From IMG/VR virus record IMGVR_UViG_3300047375_000738: DNA of 64,000 bases. One strand, 5' to 3'. The notes beneath the pieces were generated by a model. The model did no database searches and was not told where the DNA came from. It saw only the letters and a program-made list of their open reading frames with translations. This DNA is from a virus. Its lineage: Duplodnaviria > Caudoviricetes. Below, one piece after another: positions 1-8,699 of the stretch. The position numbers were made by a program, and so were the translations under genes. Positions within the stretch are counted from its first letter, which is position 1. Every line of letters starts with the position of its first letter.

Positions 1-2
1 TT

Positions 3-836
3 GCGCTAAACAAGATCGTTCCCAACATTATGTTTTTGAGTGATAGTAAAAATCACGCAAGCCTCATACAGGGTATCCGACATAGTGGTGCTGACAAATC
101 TATATGGCAGCACAACGATATGAAGCAATTAGAGCAACAATTGGAGCAGGCACGAGCCTCCGGACACACCCCTTGCATAGTGTTTGAGTCTGTGTATAGC
201 ATGGACGGCGATGTATCTCCAATTGAAGCAATTTGTGACTTAGCAGAAAAATACAATGCCATCACATATATCGATGAAGTTCATGCAGTAGGTTTGTATG
301 GTAAGCGTGGAGCAGGGCAGTTAGAAAAACTAGGTGTTCAAGATCGTGTTGACATTGTAAATGGCACACTAGGTAAAGCCATAGGTGTTACTGGTGGATA
401 TATAGCAGGTGAAGCAAGTGTTATTGATGCAATACGCTTGATCGCATCAGGCTTTATATTCACTACTTCTTTATCGCCTGTTCTATGTGCAGGTGCTTTA
501 GCAAGTATTAAATGGTTACAGGATCATCCTGAGTTAAGAGAACAGCATCAACGGCAAGCACAGCGTTTGAAGTGTGGCTTTGAAGCAAAAGGCATCGAAG
601 TAGCAAAGACAACCACTACCCACATTGTGCCTGTGATGATTAGAGATGCTGTTAAATGTAAACGTATCAGTGATGTATTGCTGGATGACTATGGACTGTA
701 TGTACAGCCTATTAACTATCCAACAGTACCAGTAGGCGAGGAAAGGTTACGTTTTGCTCCTACACCATTGCACACTGATGCTATGATAAGTGACTGTGTA
801 ATGGCAGTAAGAAAGGTTATAGATGAATATACGTAA
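3..836 (+). CDS. hemA: 5-aminolevulinate synthase (PLP-dependent), 5' truncated by window edge
   Basis: Motifs [40 protein letters not shown] (PLP lysine), FIFTTSL, INYPTVP; frame open back to nt 3. Confidence 0.9.
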   Translation, partial: ALNKIVPNIMFLSDSKNHASLIQGIRHSGADKSIWQHNDMKQLEQQLEQARASGHTPCIVFESVYSMDGDVSPIEAICDLAEKYNAITYIDEVHAVGLYGKRGAGQLEKLGVQDRVDIVNGTLGKAIGVTGGYIAGEASVIDAIRLIASGFIFTTSLSPVLCAGALASIKWLQDHPELREQHQRQAQRLKCGFEAKGIEVAKTTTTHIVPVMIRDAVKCKRISDVLLDDYGLYVQPINYPTVPVGEERLRFAPTPLHTDAMISDCVMAVRKVIDEYT

Positions 837-1239
837 AACGTTATGGCTAATCGCAGGCTTCTTTTGCTTGGGTATGGCTTATGTAGGTGTAGTAGTACCT
901 GGAATACCATTTAGTATTTTCCTAGTAATGGCTGCATACTGCTTTAGTAAAAGTAGTCAGCGGATGCATGACTGGTTATACAATCACAAATACTTTGGAC
1001 CGTTCCTAACTAATTGGGTACAAAAGAAAGTGTTTCCGACCAAAGGCAAATACCTAATGGTAATAGTAATGGCAAGTTCTCTTGCATTCCTTTGGTTTAC
1101 AACAGAGAATATTAAAGCTGTTGCGTGGAGCGGAGGATTTATGGCACTAGTTGCTATATGGGCATGGCGCTACCCAGGTACTGTTGCAGAACAGGAACGC
1201 AGAGTCAAAGCAGGCGAAAAGGTTGCTTGGTTCAAATAA
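823..1239 (+). CDS. ybaN: YbaN/DUF454 family membrane protein
   Basis: [39 protein letters not shown] matches the DUF454 pattern; hydrophobic helices. Confidence 0.8.
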   Translation: MNIRKTLWLIAGFFCLGMAYVGVVVPGIPFSIFLVMAAYCFSKSSQRMHDWLYNHKYFGPFLTNWVQKKVFPTKGKYLMVIVMASSLAFLWFTTENIKAVAWSGGFMALVAIWAWRYPGTVAEQERRVKAGEKVAWFK

Positions 1240-1312
1240 ATTAGACCTACACGGAGTTAGGCACTACGAAGTTGACTACAAGGTAGAAAACTTTATACTA
1301 ATGAATCAAAAG

Positions 1313-1344
1313 CTGTTACCGCTTACAATTATTTGCGGTAACAG
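1313..1344. terminator. Intrinsic terminator between convergent ybaN and HNH genes
   Basis: Perfect 10-bp stem CTGTTACCGC/GCGGTAACAG; followed by CTTTTG on the minus strand. Confidence 0.6.
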
Positions 1345-1440
1345 TCCTGCTATGATTAGTTTAGTTGAAACTGTAATTAAAAGAATAGACTGTGAAGAAG
1401 TAGCAATGGATCGCTACGGAGTAATAGTTGTTAGACGTAT

Positions 1441-1953
1441 CTAAACAAGCCACTGTTCCCAACTTGGATGTTTTACTTGAATATCCATTAACTTTCGTTT
1501 CCTAGCAAGTTCGTAGTATCCTGGCTTGTAAGGCTTGTTGATAGGACTAATGTTTAGCTTATTGCTCTTTCTACTATTACAAGGACCACATGCACAAACA
1601 CAATTAGTCCAACTTGTTTTACCACCATGACTGATAGGAAGTACATGGTCTACAGTTAGTTGAGCTTTGGGAAATGGGTTGTTACAATATTGGCAAGTGT
1701 ATTGGTCACGTAAGTAAAGGTTGTTTTTGCTAAATCTAGGGTTCCTGGTGCGCCGGAGGAAATCTTTTAGCATTATAACCGCCGGCACTCTCGTTTCCCA
1801 CCGGGGGCTCCGTACGATCCAATCGTCGTACCAATCTAATACTGTACACTTGTCGTGATACATGTAAAGAATAGCTTCTCGCCATTGTACTGCACTAAGT
1901 GGTAGATAACTTACAGGCTGTCCGTCTGCATTAATAACTAAGGTGTCGCTCAT
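1441..1953 (-). CDS. HNH endonuclease (McrA-like, Zn-binding)
   Basis: RDQYTCQYC...LTVDHVLPISHGGKTSWTNCVCACGPCNSRK. Confidence 0.9.
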   Translation of the reverse strand: MSDTLVINADGQPVSYLPLSAVQWREAILYMYHDKCTVLDWYDDWIVRSPRWETRVPAVIMLKDFLRRTRNPRFSKNNLYLRDQYTCQYCNNPFPKAQLTVDHVLPISHGGKTSWTNCVCACGPCNSRKSNKLNISPINKPYKPGYYELARKRKLMDIQVKHPSWEQWLV

Positions 1954-1961
1954 AAAGATAT

Positions 1962-2153
1962 TTATGTACTGGTATCTTCGTTGAGGTTAATACAGAGTGC
2001 TTGCTGTCCTGCTTTGAAATAACCGGCGCCTTTACCTACTTCGTCACTAAGTGCTTCACGTGCATGGAAACATTCTACCATACTAGTATGTACTGTCACT
2101 GCTTCAATATAAGGAGTTGTATCATAAAAGTATATAAAAACCAATGCCCACAT
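1962..2153 (-). CDS. Small hypothetical protein
   Basis: Abuts neighbours; hydrophobic N-terminus, two Cys. Confidence 0.55.
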   Translation of the reverse strand: MWALVFIYFYDTTPYIEAVTVHTSMVECFHAREALSDEVGKGAGYFKAGQQALCINLNEDTST

Positions 2154-2518
2154 TACAATCCGTCCTTCTCTGTATTTTTAAAGTCTGGTTGCCCGCCTAC
2201 ATAAGGTGCAAAGTCTCTACCGTTTGCTACCATACAAGCATAGCCATCGCCGTATACTTGTAACATTGTCCAAGTGCCTGTGTCTTGATTTGTAAAGAAG
2301 AACATACCTCCTGTAAACGGTTGGTTGCCTTGCATACCAAATTGTAGTCCGGTACCTGTGAACAGCATCGACTCTCCGTACTTGGCAGGTGTCTTCAACA
2401 TCTCTGCAAACGGAGCGCAAGGTTGTTTTGTATAAAATGTTTTGGCTTGTTGGTCTTGGGCACTTACAATTGGAGCGGTTAGGCACAATATAAATGCCAA
2501 GGCGATTAATCTTAGCAT
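2153..2518 (-). CDS. Secreted/periplasmic hypothetical protein
   Basis: Signal peptide MLRLIALAFILCLTAPIVSA; AAGG SD and upstream TAAATA. Confidence 0.65.
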   Translation of the reverse strand: MLRLIALAFILCLTAPIVSAQDQQAKTFYTKQPCAPFAEMLKTPAKYGESMLFTGTGLQFGMQGNQPFTGGMFFFTNQDTGTWTMLQVYGDGYACMVANGRDFAPYVGGQPDFKNTEKDGL

Positions 2519-2580
2519 CTTTCTATCCTTTATGTAGTATTTATTAAGACTACTATACTATTTAGGTATTGTCAACCTTT

Positions 2581-3141
2581 TTATACAAAATTAAGTAATA
2601 GTTTTGGTGTGCGTCCGCCATTGAAGCCTGCATGCCAAATGAATGGGTCACGCCATTTGTATACTGTACCAACTGGTTGATTGATATAGTAATCATCTTC
2701 TATCATAAAGACGTGACCCATCTCTGGGGGGTTGATGTGGACATGATAGCGTCCTAAACCAAAGCTGCGAAGCTCATGCTGATCTATATGCCACGGACAA
2801 CAGAAGCCTGGCTTGATCATACTTACCCAACAGGCGTTAGCATCTTGTACGCCCATAAAATCCATAAGACGTTCCTGCACACTTTGATCAAAGTTTATTC
2901 CTGGATAGAACATATACCATTCTGCACTACCACCTTCGCTTACTTTTTTATAGCCAGCTGCGTCCCAAGTTGATAGAGTAGCTTCTAGATCTTCGGGCTT
3001 GGTTACTGTTTCTAGCTCGCCGTCTACATACCCTAGTCCTGTGTGCGGAGCAATTGTAGCAGGCACTTGTTCAAGCAGGCTTGAACAGAACTCCTGCCAA
3101 TCTACTGTGTCCATTACACCAATATTAGTTGCTGATTTCAT
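2581..3141 (-). CDS. 2OG-Fe(II) oxygenase / Asp-Asn beta-hydroxylase-like cupin
   Basis: PWHID (HxD) ... WHAGFNGG (distal His) facial triad. Confidence 0.75.
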   Translation of the reverse strand: MKSATNIGVMDTVDWQEFCSSLLEQVPATIAPHTGLGYVDGELETVTKPEDLEATLSTWDAAGYKKVSEGGSAEWYMFYPGINFDQSVQERLMDFMGVQDANACWVSMIKPGFCCPWHIDQHELRSFGLGRYHVHINPPEMGHVFMIEDDYYINQPVGTVYKWRDPFIWHAGFNGGRTPKLLLNFV

Positions 3142-3665
3142 ATATACTGATCAAACATTGACTTGCTAATGTGATCCATTGATGCTTGCCATACACTACC
3201 TGCTTTTGTATCCCATATTAGTCTAGGAGGCAGGTCAGTTACTAGCCATGCTTTGTCTACTTTAATTTCTTTCTCAAGCTGCCCAGGTGACCATTGTGTT
3301 AATCCTGCACAAATTTTAAAGGCATCTGGACGTTGTTGACTTACAAGTTTTTCAAACATCAAATCATCACTAGAGATATTTACACCCTTGTCAAGAAACA
3401 GTGTATTAGAACTGACAAAGTCTTCTGTGTGCATCATCATTATACTCATAGGATTTACAGGTCCACCTATGTGTATTGGATCAATGTTGTTTGGATAGTT
3501 GATGCCGTGTTGTTGAAGTAAATCGCTAAGATACTTTCCACTCATTCGATTGATCACTAGACCTGTTGCACCTGCAGGTGTTTCTTCAAATATAAAAACT
3601 ACTGTGTTGTTAAAGAATCCTTTGAGAGTAGGTGATGATACTAGGAACTTTCCTGTGCGTTTCAA
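3138..3665 (-). CDS. YqgE/AlgH (DUF179) family protein
   Basis: FLVSSP..FNNTVVFI..GATGLVINR..IGGPV..AGLTQWSPGQLEKEI..AWL. Confidence 0.85.
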   Translation of the reverse strand: MKRTGKFLVSSPTLKGFFNNTVVFIFEETPAGATGLVINRMSGKYLSDLLQQHGINYPNNIDPIHIGGPVNPMSIMMMHTEDFVSSNTLFLDKGVNISSDDLMFEKLVSQQRPDAFKICAGLTQWSPGQLEKEIKVDKAWLVTDLPPRLIWDTKAGSVWQASMDHISKSMFDQYI

Positions 3666-3674
3666 TGTAGACTC

Positions 3675-3920
3675 CTATGAATAGTCTGGTAATGGACCGC
3701 CGTGTGCTGCACCTTTAACCTTGCCTTTGATTTTCCTGCGTTTCTTACTGCCGCCGTAACGTGCTTTTACTTTACTATCTCGACCACGCAAACCTTGACT
3801 CTTGCAACTGCTCAACGCACTAGCACCAATAGCACTATCAGGTTTTGAGCTTTTGCATAGTTCTTTGCTGGCTTTCCATTCAGCAAGTTCTTCGTCTTCT
3901 AATAGGTGTTCAATCTTCAT
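3675..3920 (-). CDS. Small basic hypothetical protein
   Basis: TAAATA-N4-ATG start; K/R-rich C-terminus. Confidence 0.6.
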   Translation of the reverse strand: MKIEHLLEDEELAEWKASKELCKSSKPDSAIGASALSSCKSQGLRGRDSKVKARYGGSKKRRKIKGKVKGAAHGGPLPDYS

Positions 3921-3927
3921 ACTGTAT

Positions 3928-4113
3928 TTATATTTCTTTGGTAGGTATACTAAAGGTCAAGGCTTTTCGTTTTCCTTTGGTAGTTCCTAAACTAATCTCA
4001 CCTGTTCTTTCAAAATATTCTATCTTTGTAATTTGTGCCGGTTCTCTGTTTTTACCGACTAATATGGTTTGACCTACTTCTAAGTCAACTGTAAGTTTTG
4101 TAAGATTACTCAT
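3928..4113 (-). CDS. Small SH3-like hypothetical protein
   Basis: AAGGAG SD; LEVGQTILVGK beta-rich pattern. Confidence 0.6.
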   Translation of the reverse strand: MSNLTKLTVDLEVGQTILVGKNREPAQITKIEYFERTGEISLGTTKGKRKALTFSIPTKEI

Positions 4114-4137
4114 TGGAAACTCCTTATTGAATAATAT

Positions 4138-5190
4138 TTACCAGCCTATATTTGGGTAGTCTTCCAAAAGCTGTTGTGCTTGCCCACGTGCTTTAAAAAC
4201 TGTTTGTCTCATAAGTTCTGCTGCTGGCATCCATTGATATCCATCTTTGTGCAGTAGATCAGGTAGCGGAGTTAGTGCTATCTTTTTGAGTAATTCTAGT
4301 CTGTTTCTTTCTACTGTGGGTTTAAAACTATTGTACACTTCTACAGGGTCATTGTCAAGCAGGTTTTTAACATTATCTACAACACCACGTACTCTATCCA
4401 TTGTAAATGGCAGTGCATCAAATGCATAGTCTATATGCGGCAATAGTTCATAGCCCTGTGAACTATACAATTCATGCAGTCCTGCGCCTCCAACACCTAT
4501 CCACGGCCTAGCCCAAATAGTATTACTCCAGGTCTTTTCTGTTAGGTTAGCATACTTTATAATAGTTTCTGTGGTTATGTTAAAGGCTGCGTTTGCCCAA
4601 TAGTCTAGTGGCGGCGGCGGGTTGTTGCACATCTCTGGTACTAGATCCATGTCCAAGTCTGCACTGGGTAGCCATCCTAGTACATTCTCTTGCCAAGTAT
4701 CTCCGCCTGGTGGTTGAGGATCCGCATAGTCTTTCCATTCTGCTGTTCTATCCTGTGTGTAGCTAACAGTGCCGTGAGCAAACCTGTCCATGCTCCACAA
4801 TGCTTTTACCAACTGTGTTCTATGTGGCTTTGCTATTCTATTCTGACTGTGATAGTGTATTTTAGGCTCGCTCAACGGATGAGGAGTTTGATATCCTATA
4901 TACCAGTCGTATGCACTCCAACTGTGTCTGTAAAACTCTTCAGAGGACATACTAGGATTTGAGCTGTTGTGCCAGTATTCAAATGTTCTGCTGCGTATTT
5001 TGTTGCGCAACTGATCAAGCAAGAATCGTGGCCTATGACGATCTTTACCCACTGCCAGTTCATATCTCACAAGGTCTTGTGGAGTAGTTGCTTCTTCACC
5101 TACATCAAAGTATACAAGTGCTTGACTTGAGTGCAACAAATGTGGATTGGTTGCTAGATCTTCTCTAGCGGCGACTGTTGCGAATTGCAT
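4138..5190 (-). CDS. Hypothetical protein, TEK-motif family (putative glycosyltransferase-like), paralog 1
   Basis: AFNITTET..LTEKTW..RPWIGVG..GYELLPHIDYAFD shared with 5165-6166 and 16340-17473. Confidence 0.6.
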   Translation of the reverse strand: MQFATVAAREDLATNPHLLHSSQALVYFDVGEEATTPQDLVRYELAVGKDRHRPRFLLDQLRNKIRSRTFEYWHNSSNPSMSSEEFYRHSWSAYDWYIGYQTPHPLSEPKIHYHSQNRIAKPHRTQLVKALWSMDRFAHGTVSYTQDRTAEWKDYADPQPPGGDTWQENVLGWLPSADLDMDLVPEMCNNPPPPLDYWANAAFNITTETIIKYANLTEKTWSNTIWARPWIGVGGAGLHELYSSQGYELLPHIDYAFDALPFTMDRVRGVVDNVKNLLDNDPVEVYNSFKPTVERNRLELLKKIALTPLPDLLHKDGYQWMPAAELMRQTVFKARGQAQQLLEDYPNIGW

Positions 5191-6166
5191 ACCAAACTCC
5201 TATAAGATGTTCTCGCATGCCTGCTGCTCCAGGCGAACAGTGTCCAGGTGCTGTCACAACCCAAGGCATTCCTTCTTCTAGTACTTGTTCTTGTATTCTA
5301 CGTTGATTGTGTAGTGCAACTTCTCTGTTGCGTAGTACTAGCTCCTCGGGTGTAAATCGTTTGCAGAGTTCGGCTACCTGTTGTGCTAGTCTTTCTACTC
5401 TGGCTCGTTCATCACGGATACTGTCAAAGCTGTAGTCTATGTCCTCCATAAGACGATATCCGTTGTCTATAAGATGTTGATGCACTCCTACAGGTCCGTT
5501 GCACAGCACAGGTCTAGCATGCCACATGGGCTGCCATATCTTTTCTGTTACTATGCTGCCTTCTTTGTTGTGATGTGTTTCTGTTACTAGATTAAAAGCA
5601 GTGTCTGCCCACACTCTCACAGGCGGTGAAGGCATGTCCCATACTGCAGGCAACTGCCACTGTTCAACTTGATCTAGTTCTATCCAGGGCTTTTCGGTAC
5701 GATACTGTTTGTGTGTTTTTCGCTGTAGTTGATTTAGAATACCTGGATCCATTGGAGGTTCTCTATCTCCCCAACTGATCCTGCCACACTCAAACGCTCC
5801 GTTGCTTGCCAATGCTTGTATTAGATATGCTCTGTGTGGACGCATAGTAAGATTCATACACACATAGTGATGTGTAGGTGTTGCCTCAGGTACAGTTTTA
5901 CTGGTATAGGCCAACATTTTATCAAATCCCTGCCAAATCTGCACTTGAGGTATTGGACTATAACAACTGTGTATCTTCAGCCTTCCATCTTGCCAAAGCT
6001 GTCTAGCATCTCTAGCAACACTTGGATAAAATCCCTTGCTCCACTCCATCCAGTTGTTGCAGTTCTCTTGCCAGCCAAACACATGCAGCTCTTCACAGTC
6101 GGTGCTGTACCAAAGTTTGGCACTGTTTGAATAGAGTTCTTGGTACTTGATGAAGTAGGTGTGCAT
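5165..6166 (-). CDS. Hypothetical protein, TEK-motif family, paralog 2
   Basis: AFNLVTET..VTEKIW..RPVLCNG..GYRLMEDIDYSFD; start moved to ATG 5 nt after TAAATA. Confidence 0.6.
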   Translation of the reverse strand: MHTYFIKYQELYSNSAKLWYSTDCEELHVFGWQENCNNWMEWSKGFYPSVARDARQLWQDGRLKIHSCYSPIPQVQIWQGFDKMLAYTSKTVPEATPTHHYVCMNLTMRPHRAYLIQALASNGAFECGRISWGDREPPMDPGILNQLQRKTHKQYRTEKPWIELDQVEQWQLPAVWDMPSPPVRVWADTAFNLVTETHHNKEGSIVTEKIWQPMWHARPVLCNGPVGVHQHLIDNGYRLMEDIDYSFDSIRDERARVERLAQQVAELCKRFTPEELVLRNREVALHNQRRIQEQVLEEGMPWVVTAPGHCSPGAAGMREHLIGVWYAIRNSRR

Positions 6167-6204
6167 ACACATATTTATATGCGTAGTTAACGATAAATAG
6201 TGTT

Positions 6205-6603
6205 ATGAGCAACATCTACACCAAACAGCTAGAACTCTCAGAAGGTCCTTGGCGTATACAAAATCAACACAGACTAACCATAGTAGATCCACTGGACAGA
6301 ACTATTGCTGTGGTCAAAGACAATAGAGCAATTCCTGTAGAACAAAGACTGGCCAATGCACACTGTATAGCAGCCGCTCCTGAACTACTGGCTGCACTCA
6401 AAGAAGCCACATTCTTACTGCACAACACTGGAGTAAACACCAACGGTGCTATAGTTGATCTTCTCTTGAGAGCCGCTCCAGACGATACTCAAATTCGTGA
6501 GTGGGCAAACCAAGTACCCTCTGGCAAAGACGCACGACTTCAAAAACTTCGCGACGGTTCTCTCCTAGCACACGAGTCGAATCCAACTCCGCCCAAGCCC
6601 TAA
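6205..6603 (+). CDS. Hypothetical phage protein
   Basis: TAAATA-N5-ATG; GPW...ANAHCIAAAPELLAAL, a motif common in small phage proteins. Confidence 0.65.
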   Translation: MSNIYTKQLELSEGPWRIQNQHRLTIVDPLDRTIAVVKDNRAIPVEQRLANAHCIAAAPELLAALKEATFLLHNTGVNTNGAIVDLLLRAAPDDTQIREWANQVPSGKDARLQKLRDGSLLAHESNPTPPKP

Positions 6604-7096
6604 GTCTTTCTAGTATGCTCGCACTATCCCTTCTCCGCCACTGAGGAGCTATAGTCAATCCACTTATAGGATCTACACTAGGATCAATCAACCAAGCTAC
6701 ACAAGTTTCTACACTACGTGAAGGCCATACCCAACTACTCGATCCAATCACAGTACGTGAAGTGTCCGATCTAGCAACAGGCCACCAAGTGGTTTCGCGC
6801 AAAAATTTTGGTGTATCTCCTGTATAACCTATATAGTCTGCGCCCATAGTGGTACAGGTTTTAGTATAGAGTTCGTATACAGCTTCACTAAAGTCTGAGT
6901 TTATCCACACACTGATAGTATCCGTACTAGGTTCCAAGTCCAACATTGCCCTACACAATAGTCTAGGAGATAGTATATTGTGGTTGGTGCTAAACTTAGG
7001 CTTATCCACTACTATAGTCACAGGTACACCTAGTCGTAAACTTCTATCTTTGTGGTGTATGATGTGTCCACGAGGTTCTGGTGTTTCAAACTGCAT
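6449..7096 (-). CDS. Hypothetical protein
   Basis: TAAATA-N4-ATG; 215-codon ORF, 3' end overlaps the convergent gene. Confidence 0.5.
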   Translation of the reverse strand: MQFETPEPRGHIIHHKDRSLRLGVPVTIVVDKPKFSTNHNILSPRLLCRAMLDLEPSTDTISVWINSDFSEAVYELYTKTCTTMGADYIGYTGDTPKFLRETTWWPVARSDTSRTVIGSSSWVWPSRSVETCVAWLIDPSVDPISGLTIAPQWRRRDSASILERLRAWAELDSTRVLGENRREVFEVVRLCQRVLGLPTHEFEYRLERLSREDQL

Positions 7097-7121
7097 ATAC
7101 TATTTAATATACTATACGTAT

Positions 7122-7172
7122 AGGCCCCGCTGTTAGTGAAGCACATATTAGTATAAAAGGCCCCGCTGTTAG
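7122..7172. repeat. Two exact 15-bp direct repeats AGGCCCCGCTGTTAG
   Basis: Copies at 7122 and 7158 (36 bp apart). Confidence 0.9.
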
Positions 7173-7550
7173 CATCTAAGATATTTGTGAAGAGTGCCGT
7201 TGACTATTGTGATGGACTTGGACAATTTTATTTCACCAATTCTCTACTCTCCAACAGCCAACGACAAACATATTTATCCTAGTATAGACTATAGTATAGT
7301 CGAGAACAATAGTCAAGAAGATAGTCGAGTAGAGTTCTCACACTGTGTGTATAGTATAGTATAGAGTTTGAACTGTAGTGTATACGCATCGAGTATAGTT
7401 GAGAGAGACTATAGTAGTAGGTTAGAGTCACAGTGTACACTCGTGGATTTATTGGCAAAAGTATTTGAACTATGCCTCCTTCTACCTTGGTCAATGGTTT
7501 AAAATACTCTAGTAAATCGTTGAAAAACTTAGAGAATATCACTGTGACCG

Positions 7551-7636
7551 TGTCATACGACCCCGTATGACTTGTCGTTAACCACCGTATGACACGTCGA
7601 TAGCCACCGTATGACGTGTCGATAAGCACCGTATGA
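7551..7636. repeat. Iteron-like array: CCGTATGA core x4 at 22-bp period plus one inverted copy
   Basis: Cores at 7563, 7585, 7607, 7629; inverted TGTCATACGA at 7551. Confidence 0.9.
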
Positions 7637-8052
7637 AGGTTAACTTGACGATGTAAGCTATTGATCTTTAAGCGAATATTCACTTTTGAGAACTTGACTT
7701 GCTTGACAAAGGCTCAGCACTAAGTGTATAGTATAAGCAGTTGATTTTATTATCCTTTTTCCTCCACTATAGTCTACTACTATACTATACACACTTATAG
7801 TATATACTTCAACCTCTTAGTATACTATACTATATACTATAGCAACTTCGTCTGCTAAGTCTTTGTTTTTGTTGACAAAATCAAATCCTCTTTTAAATCA
7901 ATAGGTTAGCTAGTGTTGTTCCGAGGGGCCATGTGCTGTGTGTAAGTGTTTGAGGCCATTAGAGAAATACTACACTGTAAGTCATTGAGATCATTGGATA
8001 ATGTGAGGGGCGCCGCTAGGAGTGTGTGCAGCTTAGAGACCCCGCGAGAGAA

Positions 8053-8192
8053 TGGTTTAATATTAAACTATATTTTCTAACTAGTTTAGTATTAAACTAT
8101 CTCGAGGCAGGTAGTTTAACATTAAACCATTTTGGCGAGAAGGTTTAGTATTAAACCATTTTGAGACCAGGAGATAGTTTAACGTTAAACCA
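8053..8192. repeat. Five tandem 18-bp palindromes WRGTTTAR-NN-TTAAACYA
   Basis: GTTTA(A/G)NNTTAAAC cores at 8055, 8084, 8114, 8143, 8177. Confidence 0.9.
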
Positions 8193-8248
8193 TAGGTTCA
8201 GAGCTCCGTGCCCTCCCGTACGGTACATTCTTTCCCGGCCTCACATAT

Positions 8249-8277
8249 AATATAACATGACTCCTAGAGGTTTGCAA
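8249..8277 (-). promoter_or_regulatory. Leftward sigma70-type early promoter P0
   Basis: Minus strand TTGCAA-17 bp-TATATT followed by ATATGT as in P1/P4/P5/P7. Confidence 0.7.
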
Positions 8278-8335
8278 CCAGAAAGAATCTAATAAAATCA
8301 ATAGGTTATAAAATAAATTTATTTTATTTTTTTGG

Positions 8336-8364
8336 TTGACAACGTTGTATACATGTGCTATATT
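8336..8364 (+). promoter_or_regulatory. Early promoter P1
   Basis: TTGACA-17-TATATT, TGn extension, upstream T-tract. Confidence 0.85.
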
Positions 8365-8399
8365 ATATGTATAAGTTAACAAGCATAGAGGGAAATATT

Positions 8400-8687
8400 A
8401 TGCTACACTATACACAAAATGACAAATTTGTATTTTTTAACGCTGTTGACGCACAAGTGCAGCTAACAGTAGAAGACGCTGTTGTTGGCGCTGCTGACAG
8501 TGTAGACGCACTTGTTGAGCTGCTGCTACGTGCAGACGTTCGTGCAACAGACAGAATTATGTTTAGCAGCGACATGGACTTTGCTAGTGAAGAAGGCTTT
8601 GCTACAGATTCCGCTGCACATGAGCTGCTAGAAGCTGCACTTGAAACAAGTGGCTTGACTGCACAAGCAGACGACTTGCTAGTATAG
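8400..8687 (+). CDS. Acidic early protein
   Basis: ATG after GAGGG leader; upstream MLYYMY of the ORF track is promoter sequence. Confidence 0.7.
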   Translation: MLHYTQNDKFVFFNAVDAQVQLTVEDAVVGAADSVDALVELLLRADVRATDRIMFSSDMDFASEEGFATDSAAHELLEAALETSGLTAQADDLLV

Positions 8688-8699
8688 CAAAAAAAAGAC

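Noticed and set aside
1151-1444. 97-aa ORF, or a tmRNA/other ncRNA between ybaN and HNH
   Set aside because: No SD or recognisable motif, no tag peptide or tRNA-like ends; the strong hairpin is explained as a terminator.
1441-1953. HNH as a homing, mobile or RNA-guided nuclease
   Set aside because: Free-standing McrA-like HNH with no RuvC motifs, no interrupted host gene and no supportable associated RNA.
7279-7683. 134-aa minus-strand ORF (also 8185-8382 and 15675-15890)
   Set aside because: Y/S/T-biased translation of low-complexity repeats or promoter DNA; no protein-like motifs.
8053-8192. CRISPR or mini-CRISPR array
   Set aside because: Repeat is only 14-18 bp, linkers are 11-16 nt (too short for spacers), and no cas genes are in the window; kept as a palindrome array.
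8053-8192. dif/XerCD recombination sites
   Set aside because: Partial likeness to the XerD arm (TTTAACAT) only; lacks the 11-6-11 asymmetric dif layout, and no recombinase is seen.
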